Origin: Marsupella aquatica | Taxonomy: Eukaryota > Plantae > Marchantiophyta | Assembly (NCBI GenBank): GCA_973895155.1 | Contig: OZ316899.1 | Location: forward strand, 4,715,241 to 4,779,240 | DNA: 64,000 nucleotides | Direction of reading: 5' to 3' | Shown: one piece after another, positions 14,196 through 27,275 of the stretch | Position numbering within the stretch: position 1 is the stretch's first letter | Layout: each line of letters starts with the position of its first letter | Translations under genes and position numbers: made by a program | Notes under the pieces: model-generated | Database searches by the model: none | What the model was told of the DNA's origin: nothing | What the model saw: the letters and a program-made list of their open reading frames with translations, nothing else

Positions 14196-14884
14196 CTTTA
14201 GCCACCTACCTAGGGAGTCACATTGCAATCATCCTAGGCTTGTATAGACAATGGCATGAGACCAAAGGGAAGAATGTGGCCACCTCGGCCCCAACAGATG
14301 CCACCCCCGCCCCCAAAAGTGCTATGCCAAACGCCCCGACCACCACGACTCGGGTAAATCCCAACCCCGCTGCGTCACAACCTACTCCCCCGCCCTCTGC
14401 TCTGTTCGGCACCATTGTGAACAATGGGCCACCCCCACCACCCCCTAGCGTTGAGCCTCCGCTGCCCTTGACGCAGCCACCCCTAATTCCACCACCACCC
14501 GAGGAACCCATTTCCTCCTTGGTGTGGACTATGGAGGATGGCGTCACCCCGACCATGGATGCACCTTTACCTGAGAGAATGGAGGACTACCAAGTAGCTC
14601 TTGGGACCTTGGCCCACAATTTGGTCTAGAAATTTAGTCAAGACCTATCCGAGGACTTAGCAATGTACATCGAGCAACAGGTTGCACATTACTTCCAACC
14701 ACCCTTCTTCATGTTAGATCACCACCCACAACTTGTAACCCGCTTGGAGGATGAACTTATGGCAAAAGGGAATGAGATCGGGGATCTCCAGATGACTGTG
14801 GAACGACTGGAGGAGGCAGCCACCGCTCGCCACAAGGAGTAGTCCGCATCTTTGAACAATGGGATGGACTAAATCAAGAGTTAC

Positions 14885-17638
14885 TGTCACGCGATTGACA
14901 TGGGTCTTAACACCAAATCGTCACTATTGGGTGCCAAAACCATCTCCTTGTACCTGAGGATCACGAAGGGATGTTGTGAAGGCCGGTAAACACCAGTTTA
15001 TGCCCTTAACACCAGACTATCATAGCAAGACTCTGTCACACATCACCCAAGCTCAATCCCTAGGAACCAAGGTTGGGAATCAGATCCTGTGCTCATGATA
15101 GTTCTGGTGAGAAGGGGTCTTCATATCGGGCCCGTACACACAGGGCCTAGCGTTATGGTGCGCATATGTCTATACATATGCTTATTGTCATAGGTATATT
15201 TCTATTCCACCGCCGGAATGTACCCATAAACCAGTGACTCCTGACTGATTCCCGGCTTAGGGACTTCTAAGCCATTACCCCACCACTCTGCCATTCCACT
15301 CTCAGCAATCAGAGCTGTGACAGCCCTCACCCAAACCACTTCAGTGCACCCGTTACACCTCTCAGTGGTGTTGCTAGTCCCATCATACACTCAGATTGCC
15401 TCACACACACACACACATCCATGAGAGAAATGAAGCCTGAGAGGAAAACTCAATTAGATTCAAAGATGTGCACAATAGTTCACTGAGAACACTTGATCCG
15501 AACACTAGGCCCGAAGGCTGTCTCCTCCAGATTGCGACGTGCTTACCATGCAAGCTCAATCCTGAACCTGAGCCAGGCTCACTCCAGATTGCGACGGCAG
15601 ATTGGACTTGAACCAATCCCGTACTTGCCTTGCAAACTCAATCCTCAACTCAAACTCCTTCATTGCACTTCATTCTTGGGGGCACGTACAGATCTCACAC
15701 CTCCATTTTAGAATGTCAAGTACGCATGCACAATTGACTCGACTTCAAAGTTGGTACCAGGCCTAACGGCGATCTACCCCAGACTATAATGAGGCCCGGC
15801 CTCACGCTTGCCCTGCAAGCTCAGCTCTGGCCATAAATCCCTTAGTGCTCTCTACCAGACAAAGGCCGGGACTCCCCATGGATCACGTAGCCTTGCCAGA
15901 CTAAACTGTAAATGCTCCTCCTGCTGCCCCTCAATCAACATCTCAGCCTCCCTAATGTGCTCACCGCAAATCACATTGAAATCCTCCCCACAGTTTACAA
16001 TCACCAACACATCACCTATCACCAAGGCTCTGTATTGGGGGAAAAGAACCCAGTTGTGGTGCCTACTAGACAGAGCCACAATCCAACTTGCAAACCTGGC
16101 CAACTGTTGCTGTGAAGCGTGGCTGATTACTCTCTGAGTAATAGCACAACCAAGCTCTTCCCAACACACAGCTTCCAAGCCCAGCCTTCCTTGCACAGAG
16201 CTCCTCCCTGCTGCTTAGTCTAATAAGATCACACAACTAAAGCCCCCCCCGCCTCTACCGAGGGGCTGCTCTATATACTCTCACACTGAGCCCAAATGGG
16301 TGGATACTACGCTGCTGGAGCCCCATCCCAGCCCTAACAGAGCCGCCACTATCTCTAACTACTGAACCCTAACTCGCAACTTTATTTCTATCTCAAATTG
16401 GCTATGTACTTCGGATTTGGCCTTCCTCCATGGTTTTTGCAAGCTTGCGCCTCCTCTCCCGATTTCTCTATTCAACCATTTGCTGCGTGGATAGCAGCGT
16501 TGGAAGCGGCTTGAGCTCCTCTTTCCAACGAGGTCAATTATAGCCAATTTGGGCAAATACAGAGAAAATTATGCCCCCACAACCGAGAGGGGGTACTCAC
16601 TATTATGCTAACCCGAGTTACATAGCTAACCCGAGTTTGGCTAACCTAGCTATCCTATCTAACCCGAGCAGAGCTAACCCGTGGTCTCGGGTTAGGCCGC
16701 TATCCACTATCCGCTAACCTAGGCTAAGCTGAGCCCGAACCTGAGCTTGCCTATGCTAACCCGAGCCCGAGTTTAGGCTAACCCAAGTTCAGTCTAACCC
16801 TGGCTCAATCTAACCCGAACCCGGGTTAAGCCTAAGTTGAAGCCATGCTGACCTGAGCTAAGCTAAAGCTATGCTGACTTGAGCTAAGCTGAAGCCATGC
16901 TGACCTGAGCTAAGCTGAAGCCGTGCTCACATAAGCTAAGCCGTGGCCAAGCTTGGGTTAACCCAAAACTGAAGCCGAATCCGTCAATTCCGGCCACAAG
17001 TTAACCCATCACACTAATCAGGCTGTATCTTTCTTAATACACCTCCGTTTCCCAAGTGTTTTATATCTATTTTACTCGCCTTGACCAGATCTTTCCAATG
17101 CTCTTTACAGATCTGGATATGGTGACATATTGAAAGAAATATGGTTGCCGACCACCCGCGACATAGCTTTTATTTCCCTAACTTTCTAACACTAGACTAT
17201 GAACCACTAACCCAAATAACAAAATGAAGCTACACACCCAAAGACATTCAGATTTTATCATGAGAACAATCACCATACCACACAGCTTCATATTCAGCTA
17301 TGGAGACTCGCTTCCTTGAACTACCATGCCTACCTCCGTACCGGCGTCTTGAAGAGCCTTCATGCTCCATCTTGCTTGTCAAGAAGATGATATGGTTGAA
17401 GAGTTGAATCCTCTCTTCCCCAGTTTCTCCTTTGTGGCCTTGACAGTGACTACCTCAACTATGTCTGCCTTGGTTGTGCAGTCTTCAAGTTGAAATACCT
17501 TTATCCCTACTCTTAACGCCATGATTGCCCTTATTCTTGCCATCTTGCTAATTGTTATGCAATATCAATAGCTACTCCTTGCATACAGCAGCCTAGTTAA
17601 CCAGATTATAGAATAAGGACCATATCATCAGCGTAACA
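14885..17638 (-). mobile_element. Solo LTR (~2.75 kb), Gypsy-like family
   Basis: Ends are TGTCACGC...GCGTAACA with a 5-bp TSD GTTAC (14880-14884 and 17639-17643). No coding capacity. It shares sequence blocks with the LTR-like ends at 33300-33994 and 49637-50350. Confidence 0.85.
16606..16980. repeat. Degenerate tandem repeat array within the solo LTR
   Basis: Recurring (G)CTAACCCGAG units, followed by ~26-bp units tgaagccatgctgacctgagctaagc at ~16838-16940. Confidence 0.75.
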
Positions 17639-18215
17639 GTTACTTAAGACTCAGACAGACCTTAAGGGACTGGAGGCTACTGTGCTTCAGCTGGAAACGG
17701 AGTCCTTGGCTCGGGTTAACTGACCGATCTGAACAACCAGCTTGTTCAGGCTGCCCAGCAAGTGAATACAATCACCGCCAATCGGGATAAGCGTTTGACG
17801 CAGAATCAGGCCAACCTTAAAATGATTGGCCTGAGTTCGTAACGCATAAGTGGCCCGACTCCAAGCAGAGGTAGACAAAGTCTCTAACGAGGCGGAGGAA
17901 GCAGTGCGGGACAACAAGGCCTTGCAAGAGCAGGTCGCATTGCTGGTGAGCTAGAGGGGTGGGGCGGGAAACACCTTTGATCAAGGCGGCTCGAGGCCCC
18001 AGCCCAACAAGGGGACAAACCCTACACAAACAGTGTGACGTGCGCAAGGGGTGGTTAGCAGAGGGGGCGGTCAGGCAGCCGCAGTGCAACCAGAGGACAG
18101 AGGCATCTTTTTTAGTTTATTGTAGCGATAGAATAGTTGTCATTAGGCACCAATTAAGCAACTTAGTAGGAAAGATTATGACAAAGTTAGTTAAGATCAT
18201 CAAGCGTAGGATAGA

Positions 18216-21200
18216 TGTGACGCCGCCAGCATAGCGGGTAATGAGTAATCCAACCTAATACTGTGCTTTGCACGCGCACTACGAACTTAGTAGTCCGTAG
18301 TTATTAGCATAACGACACTAAAGTAGGTAGTAATCATGAATAGGACATCATTAGTCAATAAGAAGCATTTACGCCCAGGCTAGCGACGGAGCACCACCCG
18401 CACCGCCGAGTTACAAGCGTGGTATGAATATCTCCCTCGGGTCTGTATAACTGATCGAGGAGGCGGCTCTCTGACACGCCCTGATCCAGACATGCGGAGT
18501 GGCCGGTATGCTGCAAGCGTGAGAGAGTTGGCCTATCAGAAAAGAGGAAGGGTCGATCGCCAACGAGCCCTCAAGGTATAAAAGGACAGCCATTCTCTTG
18601 CGTTGCATTGACACTTCACTCCTTGCGCCAACTTTGACTCCAACTCGCCCAGTTTCTCCTTAGTTATCCATTGTCGCTCCCTGTATGCCTGTCACGATTA
18701 TGTCCAGTTTGGCCCTTCGCTTCTGGCTTCAATTTCTATCCATTGGAAATCATCTAGCAAAGTCGCTTGCCAAATTCAACCCGCTTTGGTATGAAGCCAA
18801 AAGACAGTACGAACGACTCATCTGTCTAGCCGAGCGCTCTCACTACAACGACGACTTCAGCCTCCCGGTTCAAAGAAAGTTTTGTCAAGACGACAAGATC
18901 GCCAAATTCTTCTTTGATGGTACAAAGTACCTCGGCTTTAGAGAAGTGCTCCTCCGGCTTCCAGACAAGGTCTTCACAATCCCGGGCACAATAGACTTGC
19001 AGCGACACCATTTTGACCATATCCCCGCCAAGGTTCAAGCTTCCATAGACTATCAATTTGGTAGTATGAATACGGGCAAGTCACCTGTCCTGACATCACT
19101 TGGGTTCCCCTCAAACTTGCTGAATCCGATGGTGCCTCCCCCAGCTACAACCATTGCCGACTCATTGGCACCTTCACAGACACCACCTCGGCCTGCTTGG
19201 CCAAGCCGATCTCCACCACCAACCGCACCACCTCTCCGGGTATGGTCCGTTGTGAACGTGGTGAACATCAGTTCTGAGGATGAAGAAACTCATCCTCCTC
19301 TTGTCCAAAGGCCACCGGGGGTACACCAACACGGGCCGAGTAATACCTCGCCGTCCACACAAACCCGGACCCGAGAAACTGCCCCAATAGACAACATGGT
19401 GACCGTAGCGGCCCTGGCACCTGTTTTGACTGCGGTCACACTACCCCTACCAGATAGGGAGGACAAGGAGATGTCCCCTTCTACAAGCCACCCGAGAACA
19501 ACTCTTGGGGACAAAAGAGAAAGGAACCGGCTGTAGTATCCGGTCTACCCGTGGCCACCATAGCCGTGGCCAAATTGACCATGCATCAAATGGGGGAAAA
19601 TGTTGACAAGAACATCCTCCATCCAAAACATGCAGTGTATCTGAAGACCCAGGGGTTCGAACATCTTGCCGCCCTCCCTTGGAATACTTCCAAATACTAC
19701 AAGCAAGACATAATGGAGTTCATCCAAAACTTTGACAAGGCTCGACAATAGACCCGTGCACACGGACGGGTAATGACTTTGAATGAGGAGCAGCTTACGC
19801 TCATTTTTGGCCTACCCAAGGGGCAGATTTGGGTGGAATCATGAGCCCCAGGGGGCAAGGGAGCAAAGTACCGATCCTCAAGCTTCCCACCCAAGGGTTT
19901 GGTGGACAATGGCTTCCTACTGAGGACGTGCCTCATACCGGAGGTTGCAGAGTGGCTGGAATTCCAGCGGTACGCCCTCCACATGATGGAGCTACGGGGC
20001 GAGATATCCGTAGCCCAGGTCATTCAGGTTGAGAACTATCAGCCTAGAAAGTGGGCCTCCTTCTCCATCAAGAAGTTCCGTGAGGAAATGGAGCGCCAAA
20101 GGAAGACCCTGTACCTTGGAGGGAAGGCGTACCTCGCAATATTATCACCGAGTGGTACGCCCACATTTTGTCCGCCAAACCCTTCTGCGGGTCAACAAGC
20201 CTGAGCTCATACCATCTCGGTGGGTCTTCCTAGCATTGGAATGACGGCCGCAGCCCAAATCCCAGGCCCCAACCACAGGCCATTGAGGCACCTTCACTAG
20301 TGCCAGACTCAATGGTGATTGCAACCCTGGGGACCCTAAACCAGGCCCGCGCAACAACCGTTGAGCAAGAGGATGCCGGCCCCGTGGCCGCGGCCATCAG
20401 TGCAAAGGGGATCGCGGTACCAACCGCACCAACGGAAATAGACTTTCTGGCTGGGAGCCTCGGCTGCGCTAGCCATCCTAACTCTGGGCTAGACGTGACC
20501 ACCCCGGCCTCTTCCCAAGTAGAGGTCTGCCCTTGCCCGAACCCGAGTGGGCACAGCTTAGTGAACCCAGAACTCTTAGCATCGGGTGCATATTTAAACG
20601 AGCTGTTGGGGGACTTCTCCCAACAGATTAGTCGGGAAATGGGGGAGTTCATGGCCCGAAAGGTGGCCTATTTCTTCAGCACGGAGCTGGTTGCAGCGGT
20701 AAAAGCTGGACGGGCCCAGACTGAAGCCACCACAAAGATTGAGCGGTATCGGGCCGAGGTAACCAAACTCTTGAATGAAGCCTCGGACCGGGATACCGAG
20801 TTACAATGCCTCCGTCCTCAGCTTACAACCACTCTTGCCCAAGTCATCGACATTGAGGCCCGGTTAGCCTTGGCCGAGCAGGCCGAAGCCAGGAAAGACG
20901 CTGAAATTGCACGACTCCGGGGCCACATTGACAGCCTGAAGGGACAAGCGGTAATCTGGCAGAAGGACCTAGAGGAGGCCGAGGTTTGAGCTCAAAGAGA
21001 TGTCACCCAGGTCGACCCATCACGCGCAAATAAGTATAGGGCTTTTTTATTGGGTTTAGTGAAATACTTTTAAATTTTTGTTGAAGAACATTAGGGTTAT
21101 TTTATTCCAATTTTGAGAAATATAAGAATCATAGGGTTTTAAAATCAAATCTAAAAATATTCTTGGAATATTCCATTAAGTTAGGGGTAAAAAATTCCTA

Positions 21201-21590
21201 AAAAAAAACATTGACTTAACTTTTAGGGTGTTTATTCCCCCAAAACTTTGAGCGTGATATGAAACACCCATTGGATTGAGGCCCCCAAATGAAGATAGAG
21301 GTGGCACGTCTTCAGCACAAGGCCACTGACCAGAACCAACTGGTGGCCAAGCTGACAAGCGATGGTCAGCAGTTGGAAGAGGTGTGTCAAGAGGCCATAG
21401 AAGAGACGGATGCGGCAAAGAGAGAGAATGAGTCTCTCCTAGACCAGGTCCAAATCCTCAAGCAGGATGTCGACTGGCTGAGGACGCAGCGGGACGGCCG
21501 ATCCAAGTCTCACTCGGGCGGATCTAATAAACGAGCCAGACATTAAATGGCGCTGATGGTTTGGAATAGCTTAGGTTTAGCCGCAACGAT
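18216..21590 (+). mobile_element. Accessory-ORF element copy C, degenerate
   Basis: Begins TGTGACG, with TATAAAA at ~18577. ORF pieces 18685-19536, 19551-20204, 20300-20989 and 21289-21546 are colinear with the minus-strand copy at 50500-52977. Confidence 0.7.
21001..21292. mobile_element. Short AT-rich insertion in the copy C coiled-coil ORF
   Basis: About 290 bp that is absent from the paralogous copy at ~50760-50800, where QRD..EVARLQ is contiguous. Ends are approximate. Confidence 0.5.
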
Positions 21591-21591
21591 A

Positions 21592-21899
21592 AGCACATGA
21601 CACATCCAACGCGCAAGTAGTCAACTGAAGAGATACATGGTTCACCTCCTCGAGGCTACATCCACGGGAACACACAAGAGAGCTTTACTGAACTCTAAGC
21701 CCGTCGGCCATACCAAGTCTCCACAGTGTAAGTTCTCATCTCTCAAGTGGCTCCATAACAATGAGCCTAAGTTCCACTTCCAAGCAAACACCGCTTGGCA
21801 TATAGTGTGAATCCTAGTTAACCTAACCACATCTCTTACTACGGTTAGCCTAACTATGGTTACATGTAGTAACCCTAGACCTGGAGTAAATACCTAACA
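21592..21899 (-). repeat. Copia 3' LTR (truncated ~30 bp)
   Basis: Near-identical to 31767-32079 and adjacent to the PPT. Confidence 0.9.
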
Positions 21900-24240
21900 A
21901 TCTCCCCCTTGACTCTGGTCTAGGGGAGGGTAATAATGCTAACCTATATGATTCCTCAATGGGAAGTTCTGGACGAAAACCAAAATGGTTTCCCCTCTCT
22001 AACTAGAGCAAACCAGAACTAAGCCGTAGCCTATTACTAGGAGTGAAGAAGAGCATATATCAGTAATTATAGCGAATGTTAAGAAAAACCCTTACTTGTG
22101 ACGTAATTGCAAAACCTACAGCACGTCACGATGTCTAGAGAAACTTTTCAAAGGAATCACTTTGGTAAATGCGTCAGCTGGGTTGAGTTTATCGTCTATC
22201 TTGACTAGTTCAAACAAATTATTAGACACAACCTGCCTGATAAAATGGTACCTAACGTCTATGTGCTTCACTCTACTGTCCATCACCTGGTTCATAACAA
22301 GGTGGACCGTACTTTTGACTATCACAATGAAGCTTCACATTCCCCTATGGCAATCCCATTTTAGTGATAAGTCTATCCAACCAAATCGCTTTCTTCGTTG
22401 CTTCCGTTGCTGCAACATACTCCGCTTCTGTAGTAGATTGAGCAATACACTCCTGCAAAGTAGACCTCCAACTTATGCATCCACCGCCAAGTGTGAACAC
22501 ATACCCTGTTGTTGATCTCCTTTGGTCCAAATCTTGTCCATAGTCAGAATCTACATAGCCAATCAATGATCTAGAATTCTTTGCATGCGCATCAAATAAA
22601 AGACCATGATCCACAGTACCCTTCAAGTATCTGATAATCCACTTCACTACTTCCCAGTGTACCTTCCCTGGATTTGACATGTACCTTCTCACCTTGCCCA
22701 TAGCCATGGCAAGATCAGGTCTAGTGCAAGTCATCAAATACACGAGACTTTCCACTGCCTTATCATAAGGAACCTTTGACATCAGCCCCTTCTCTGTCGC
22801 ATTTGTGGGACAAAGAATTGATGACAATTTGAAGAGTGCAGCCAAAGGGGTACTTACTGGCTTACTATCCCCCATGTTGAACCTAGCAATTACGTTCCTC
22901 GCATAACTGCTCTGTGTCAACCATAGCTTACCAGTCTCCAAGTCCCTAGTGATCTCCATACCCAAAATCCTCTTAGCTGGCCCTAGGTCCTTCATCTTAA
23001 ACTCTATACTGAGCAATGTCTTAAGCTTAACAATCTCAGACCTATCTTTGGCCACAATAAGTATGTCATCCACATAAAGTACTAAAATAATGAACCCAAA
23101 GACAACATTCTTCACCGGTTTCAAATATACACAAGAGTCAAACACACTTCTGTGAAAACCTTGTGACCAAATCAAATTGTCAAACCGCTTGTTCCACTGT
23201 CTTGGTGACTGCTTCAACCCATACAAGGATTTCAGCAAATGATCTGCAAACCAAATCCTCTTGTCCTCTCTTCACAAAACCTAGCGGTTGTCTCATGAAG
23301 ATCACCAAGGTCCACCACTTGCTGACCCTTAGGCAGCTTAACAAGCTCCCAAGTTTTGTTGTCCCTTCAATGACTGCATCTCTGTTTGCATTGTTGCAAT
23401 CCACTTCTGCTTCTCCTTTGAAGCACTTGCCTCATGAAATGAAGAAGGTTCCCCTTCTTCCAAAATCAACGCATCACCCTCATCATCAGTTGCAAAATTG
23501 TCCTCTTGCAATTGAGATGAATCAACCCACTATCCATACCTAGGAGGAGCGCGTACAGTGCGACTAGATGTTCTTCTAGTTGATGACTCCGGTTGAATTG
23601 CGTCTACTGGTATAATTTGAAGCTAGCATCCACTTGCTACTCACCAACATCAACAAACTCCTCTTGTTCCTCTGACACAAGAACCAGCTCCATGCTTGGA
23701 GCACCTCCTTCTCTCCTATCATGCACTTCATGATCAGTCTCCCCCTCAACAAGATCTGGGATAGGAGATTTTCCTTTGTCAGTATGGGAGACCTGAGTAT
23801 TCTCCCCCTCCTTCAATAATCTGGATTCATTGAAGGAAACATCCCTACTGACAACGAGCTTACAGGCAATAGGATCCCATAGCCTATAGGCCTCACACCA
23901 CTCTGATACCCAAGAAAAATATATTTTTTGGACGTAGGATCCAACTTGGTCCTATTATGCTTTGGTGTGAGAGCATATGCATCACTTCCAAAAACTACCA
24001 AGCCATGATAGTCTGCTTGCTGCTTATAACGCATTTCAAACGGCATTTTGAAATTGATTGCACTAGAAGGAGAAAGATTTACCAAAAAAGCTACAGTATT
24101 GACAACTTATAAGTAGTGGGTAATTCCAAAAGTAGGAAGAAACTGAAATTTTTTAAATTTTCTATGGTGTTTAAACTATAATTATTGCTAACATAGCGGA
24201 GATAGCATTTTGTCTACAAGTTATGGGTTCCCAAGTCTAA

Positions 24241-24376
24241 GTTACGAGTAAACTCCTGTTTACTAGTTACGAGTTTACTAGTTAATAGTATCCTGGTTTA
24301 CGAGTTTACGAGTTCATGACTGTTTACTAGTTACGAGTTTACTAGTTAGGGCTTTATGAGTTTTGCCTTACGAGTT
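24241..24376. repeat. TTACGAGTT / TTTACTAG short-motif array (left)
   Basis: Multiple same-orientation copies of ttacgagt(t) and tttactagt. Confidence 0.7.
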
Positions 24377-27189
24377 GGCGACCGGGGATCGCAACGTCTT
24401 ACGGCTACATTCAACGGGACTTAGAAATGGAATGGCGAGCATGCATTGAAGTGAAGGCAAGGTAGACCTCGGGCGCTCACTCCTGACTAAATCCCTGCCT
24501 CCTCCATTGATCCTTTCGGCCTCCCCATTTCTTTGCGCTACTACAAGACACAATTTGAGCTATGGATGGCCTGGGAGCTGATGAGCAGTACCTAGTTGAC
24601 GCATTGGCAATTCCTAAGAGCGTAGTCGCTCGAATTCCACAAGCGCCCAATAGTTATGCAAATTTACAGACTTCATTACAACAGCTAGGTCTGGGGCATC
24701 TACTTGGCGTTCCTTGGGACGTAGAACTCGACTCATACTTGCAGGATTTTGTGAAGGGGTCGTTGCTTGCTCCTGAATTTTGATAGACCATTCGAGCTCG
24801 GCCGAGTCTGTGGAATGTGGAGCAAATTGCTTGTGCCTTCCGCTGCCCTTCAGAAGGAGAAGGATTGTATTCAAAGAAGAAAGATTTGTCTACTCCCTAC
24901 TTCTCTGGGATTCGCAATCTCACAAATGGCTGGAACCTCACACAGTGTACTTATCCAGATTTGATAGTGCTGTTGGAATTTCTAGTGCCAATTTTACACC
25001 CAAAAAAGCCAACCATTTGCCCAGTGGCTTTGGTGAACACAATTGTAGCTGCACACAGTGGAGCCATCGAAGTGAATTGGGCCTTGTTAATTTTCAATGT
25101 GATGAAGGATCACGTGAGGAGCATGAAGGCAGGTAGACCTACCTATCGGCAGGTATATCTGTCTCAGCTCTATCAGGCTTATGATTGTTTACATCCAGAG
25201 GAGAGAATAGAAAGAGGATTACTCCTGATCAAACTAGGCATTGAAGAAGAAATTGGTGTGAAAGAACCAGTGGATGCTATTCCCCTAGATTCTAATGATC
25301 AGAATGTGGATGTTGATATGGATTTGGAAGATGCCTCAGTGGGTGAACTTGAAGTTTCATCTGCTCACGATATGGAGTTGGTTCGACATCCTCTGGTTAA
25401 CTTGGTGTATTCAAGAGAAGTCAACGAGGAAAATCAACCTAGAGCTGAAAAAGCTAAGGACGACTCTGAGCAACACGAAGCTGTTGCTGACCCGACCATT
25501 GCTGTCATCCTGAGAGTTGATCCGACTACTTCTTCAAAGGCAGAGTTCAACCAACAACTTATTGATAAGTTAATTACTCTTTTCGGTTGTGATGATGTGG
25601 AACTCTATGATGTTGTTTGTAATTTAAGATCAGAGGTAGTCAGCTTATCATCCCCATTTCTAGATCAATTAACTCCTGTCAGGACCACTTCCCCTACTGT
25701 GGGATCAGCCTTAGAAGAATTCGTTGCTCTCAGTCCTGTTGCACCACCAAACCTGCCTGTAGAGCCAAGTGAACCTGTTCCTGTGACAGAGGATGTAAAT
25801 TATGCTGCCATTGTAAACGACTTACTGGACATGCTACAATGTGAGCCACAGGAGATAATGTCAATTGTTAGCAACTTAACTCAGAAATCCCCAGTTGCAA
25901 AAACTCCTCATAATCCAGATCCTTACTCATACAGTCCTGATTCCAACTATGAACCCACTGATGGACCTGTCTTCACTCGGGGTCGCTCTGAAGATCCTTA
26001 TGTCAGACGGGATCTCTCTGATGACTCTGACCCACCTTCGGATAATGATACTTATAGATCTTATGACAATTCCCTTGAGTCATCACCAAGGCAGGGGTTT
26101 GAAGATGTTGATACAGCTTTGAGGTCAAACCCAAACCTAGTAGCAATGGTTACGTCCTCTACTCAGACTCCCAGGAATGCTACTATCAAGAAGAAGTACC
26201 CCAGGCTTCCCCAGGCTCAAGTACAGAAGTATGTAGACATCTGTAAGGTTATGCATGCCAACATGCCACCAGTTGGAGAATTCTGGAGATACTATTACTT
26301 AAAGAAAACTAAGGCGAGCTACATTTTTGACCTAAAGTATCATGGGACTTCTCGATTGGAAATGGCCCAGTTTGATGAGCACTAGACTGACTCTGTCTAC
26401 TTCCGACCTATTCTGGCAATGATGTTGCTGCAAGGTGATGTAGAAATGGAGGATCCTGACCTACTCCTGGCCTACTTTGGGAATTTTGTAGCTTATGTTC
26501 TGGACTTCGTGCTTACTTTTCTCATGCAGAGTAAGAAATAAACTTCTTGGCAGAACAACTATATCCCTAAGGAACCTAAGGTTGTGCTGGTTTCAACCAA
26601 CACATTGGCTGATAAGCAGAGAATCTGGGATAATGTCACCACTCACACTCTGGCCAAGTTCAATAGGTACTTTAAGGATGTTTGCTGGAGACTTCAACCT
26701 TTCTACTCGAAGATGATGAGAACTGAGGATTTCATGGCCTATTATTCTCAGGTTCATGCTGCTACCTGCAATCACTATGATGTGATTGGAATTTATAGGG
26801 AGGCACTCCGAATAGACTCTTGTTATTTGATGAGGAAAATGCCTGTGATGTATCCAGATAGGCAACTGAGATGTTTGCCCTATTCTCGAGGTTCACCACA
26901 ATAGGCTGAGCTCATGGAGGTTGTCCAATCAGGCACTGTTGCTTTTGTGGAGCTTCTCAAAATCAACGACATTCGACACCGAGACTAAGGCAGAAGTCCT
27001 AAGTGTTTTTAGTTAGTTTAGAGTAGTGCATCTTGTCCGATTTTTAGAAATGTGCTCTAGAGCTTTAAAAGTCATGAAACCTTTTTAGGATGTAATCTTA
27101 GGAAAGCCTTTTGGCAAAATTTGAGGCTTTTCTAAGCTACGAGTAGGAAGTTAAAAATAGTTGAATTTGCCAAGTTTTTACTTCTGTTG

Positions 27190-27275
27190 CAATTACGAGT
27201 TACGACTTAGTTAGACTTTTACGAGTTTAAGAGTTTACTAGTTCACAGCTTTTACTAGTTTACGAGTTTACACTT
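27190..27275. repeat. TTACGAGTT / TTTACTAG short-motif array (right)
   Basis: Same motifs and same orientation as at 24241-24376, on the other side of the ORF. Confidence 0.7.

Larger units (their letters stand above)
13620..18215 (+). mobile_element. Accessory-ORF element copy B (interrupted by solo LTR 14885-17638)
   Basis: HANYLKEHWLEKFAHLNW..VYDFISNFD..IFCLP..NGYKQGSC..ERLNFIR, then a Pro-rich linker and coiled coil. The sequence resumes after the TSD at 17644 and is colinear with 32080-33150. Confidence 0.65.
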
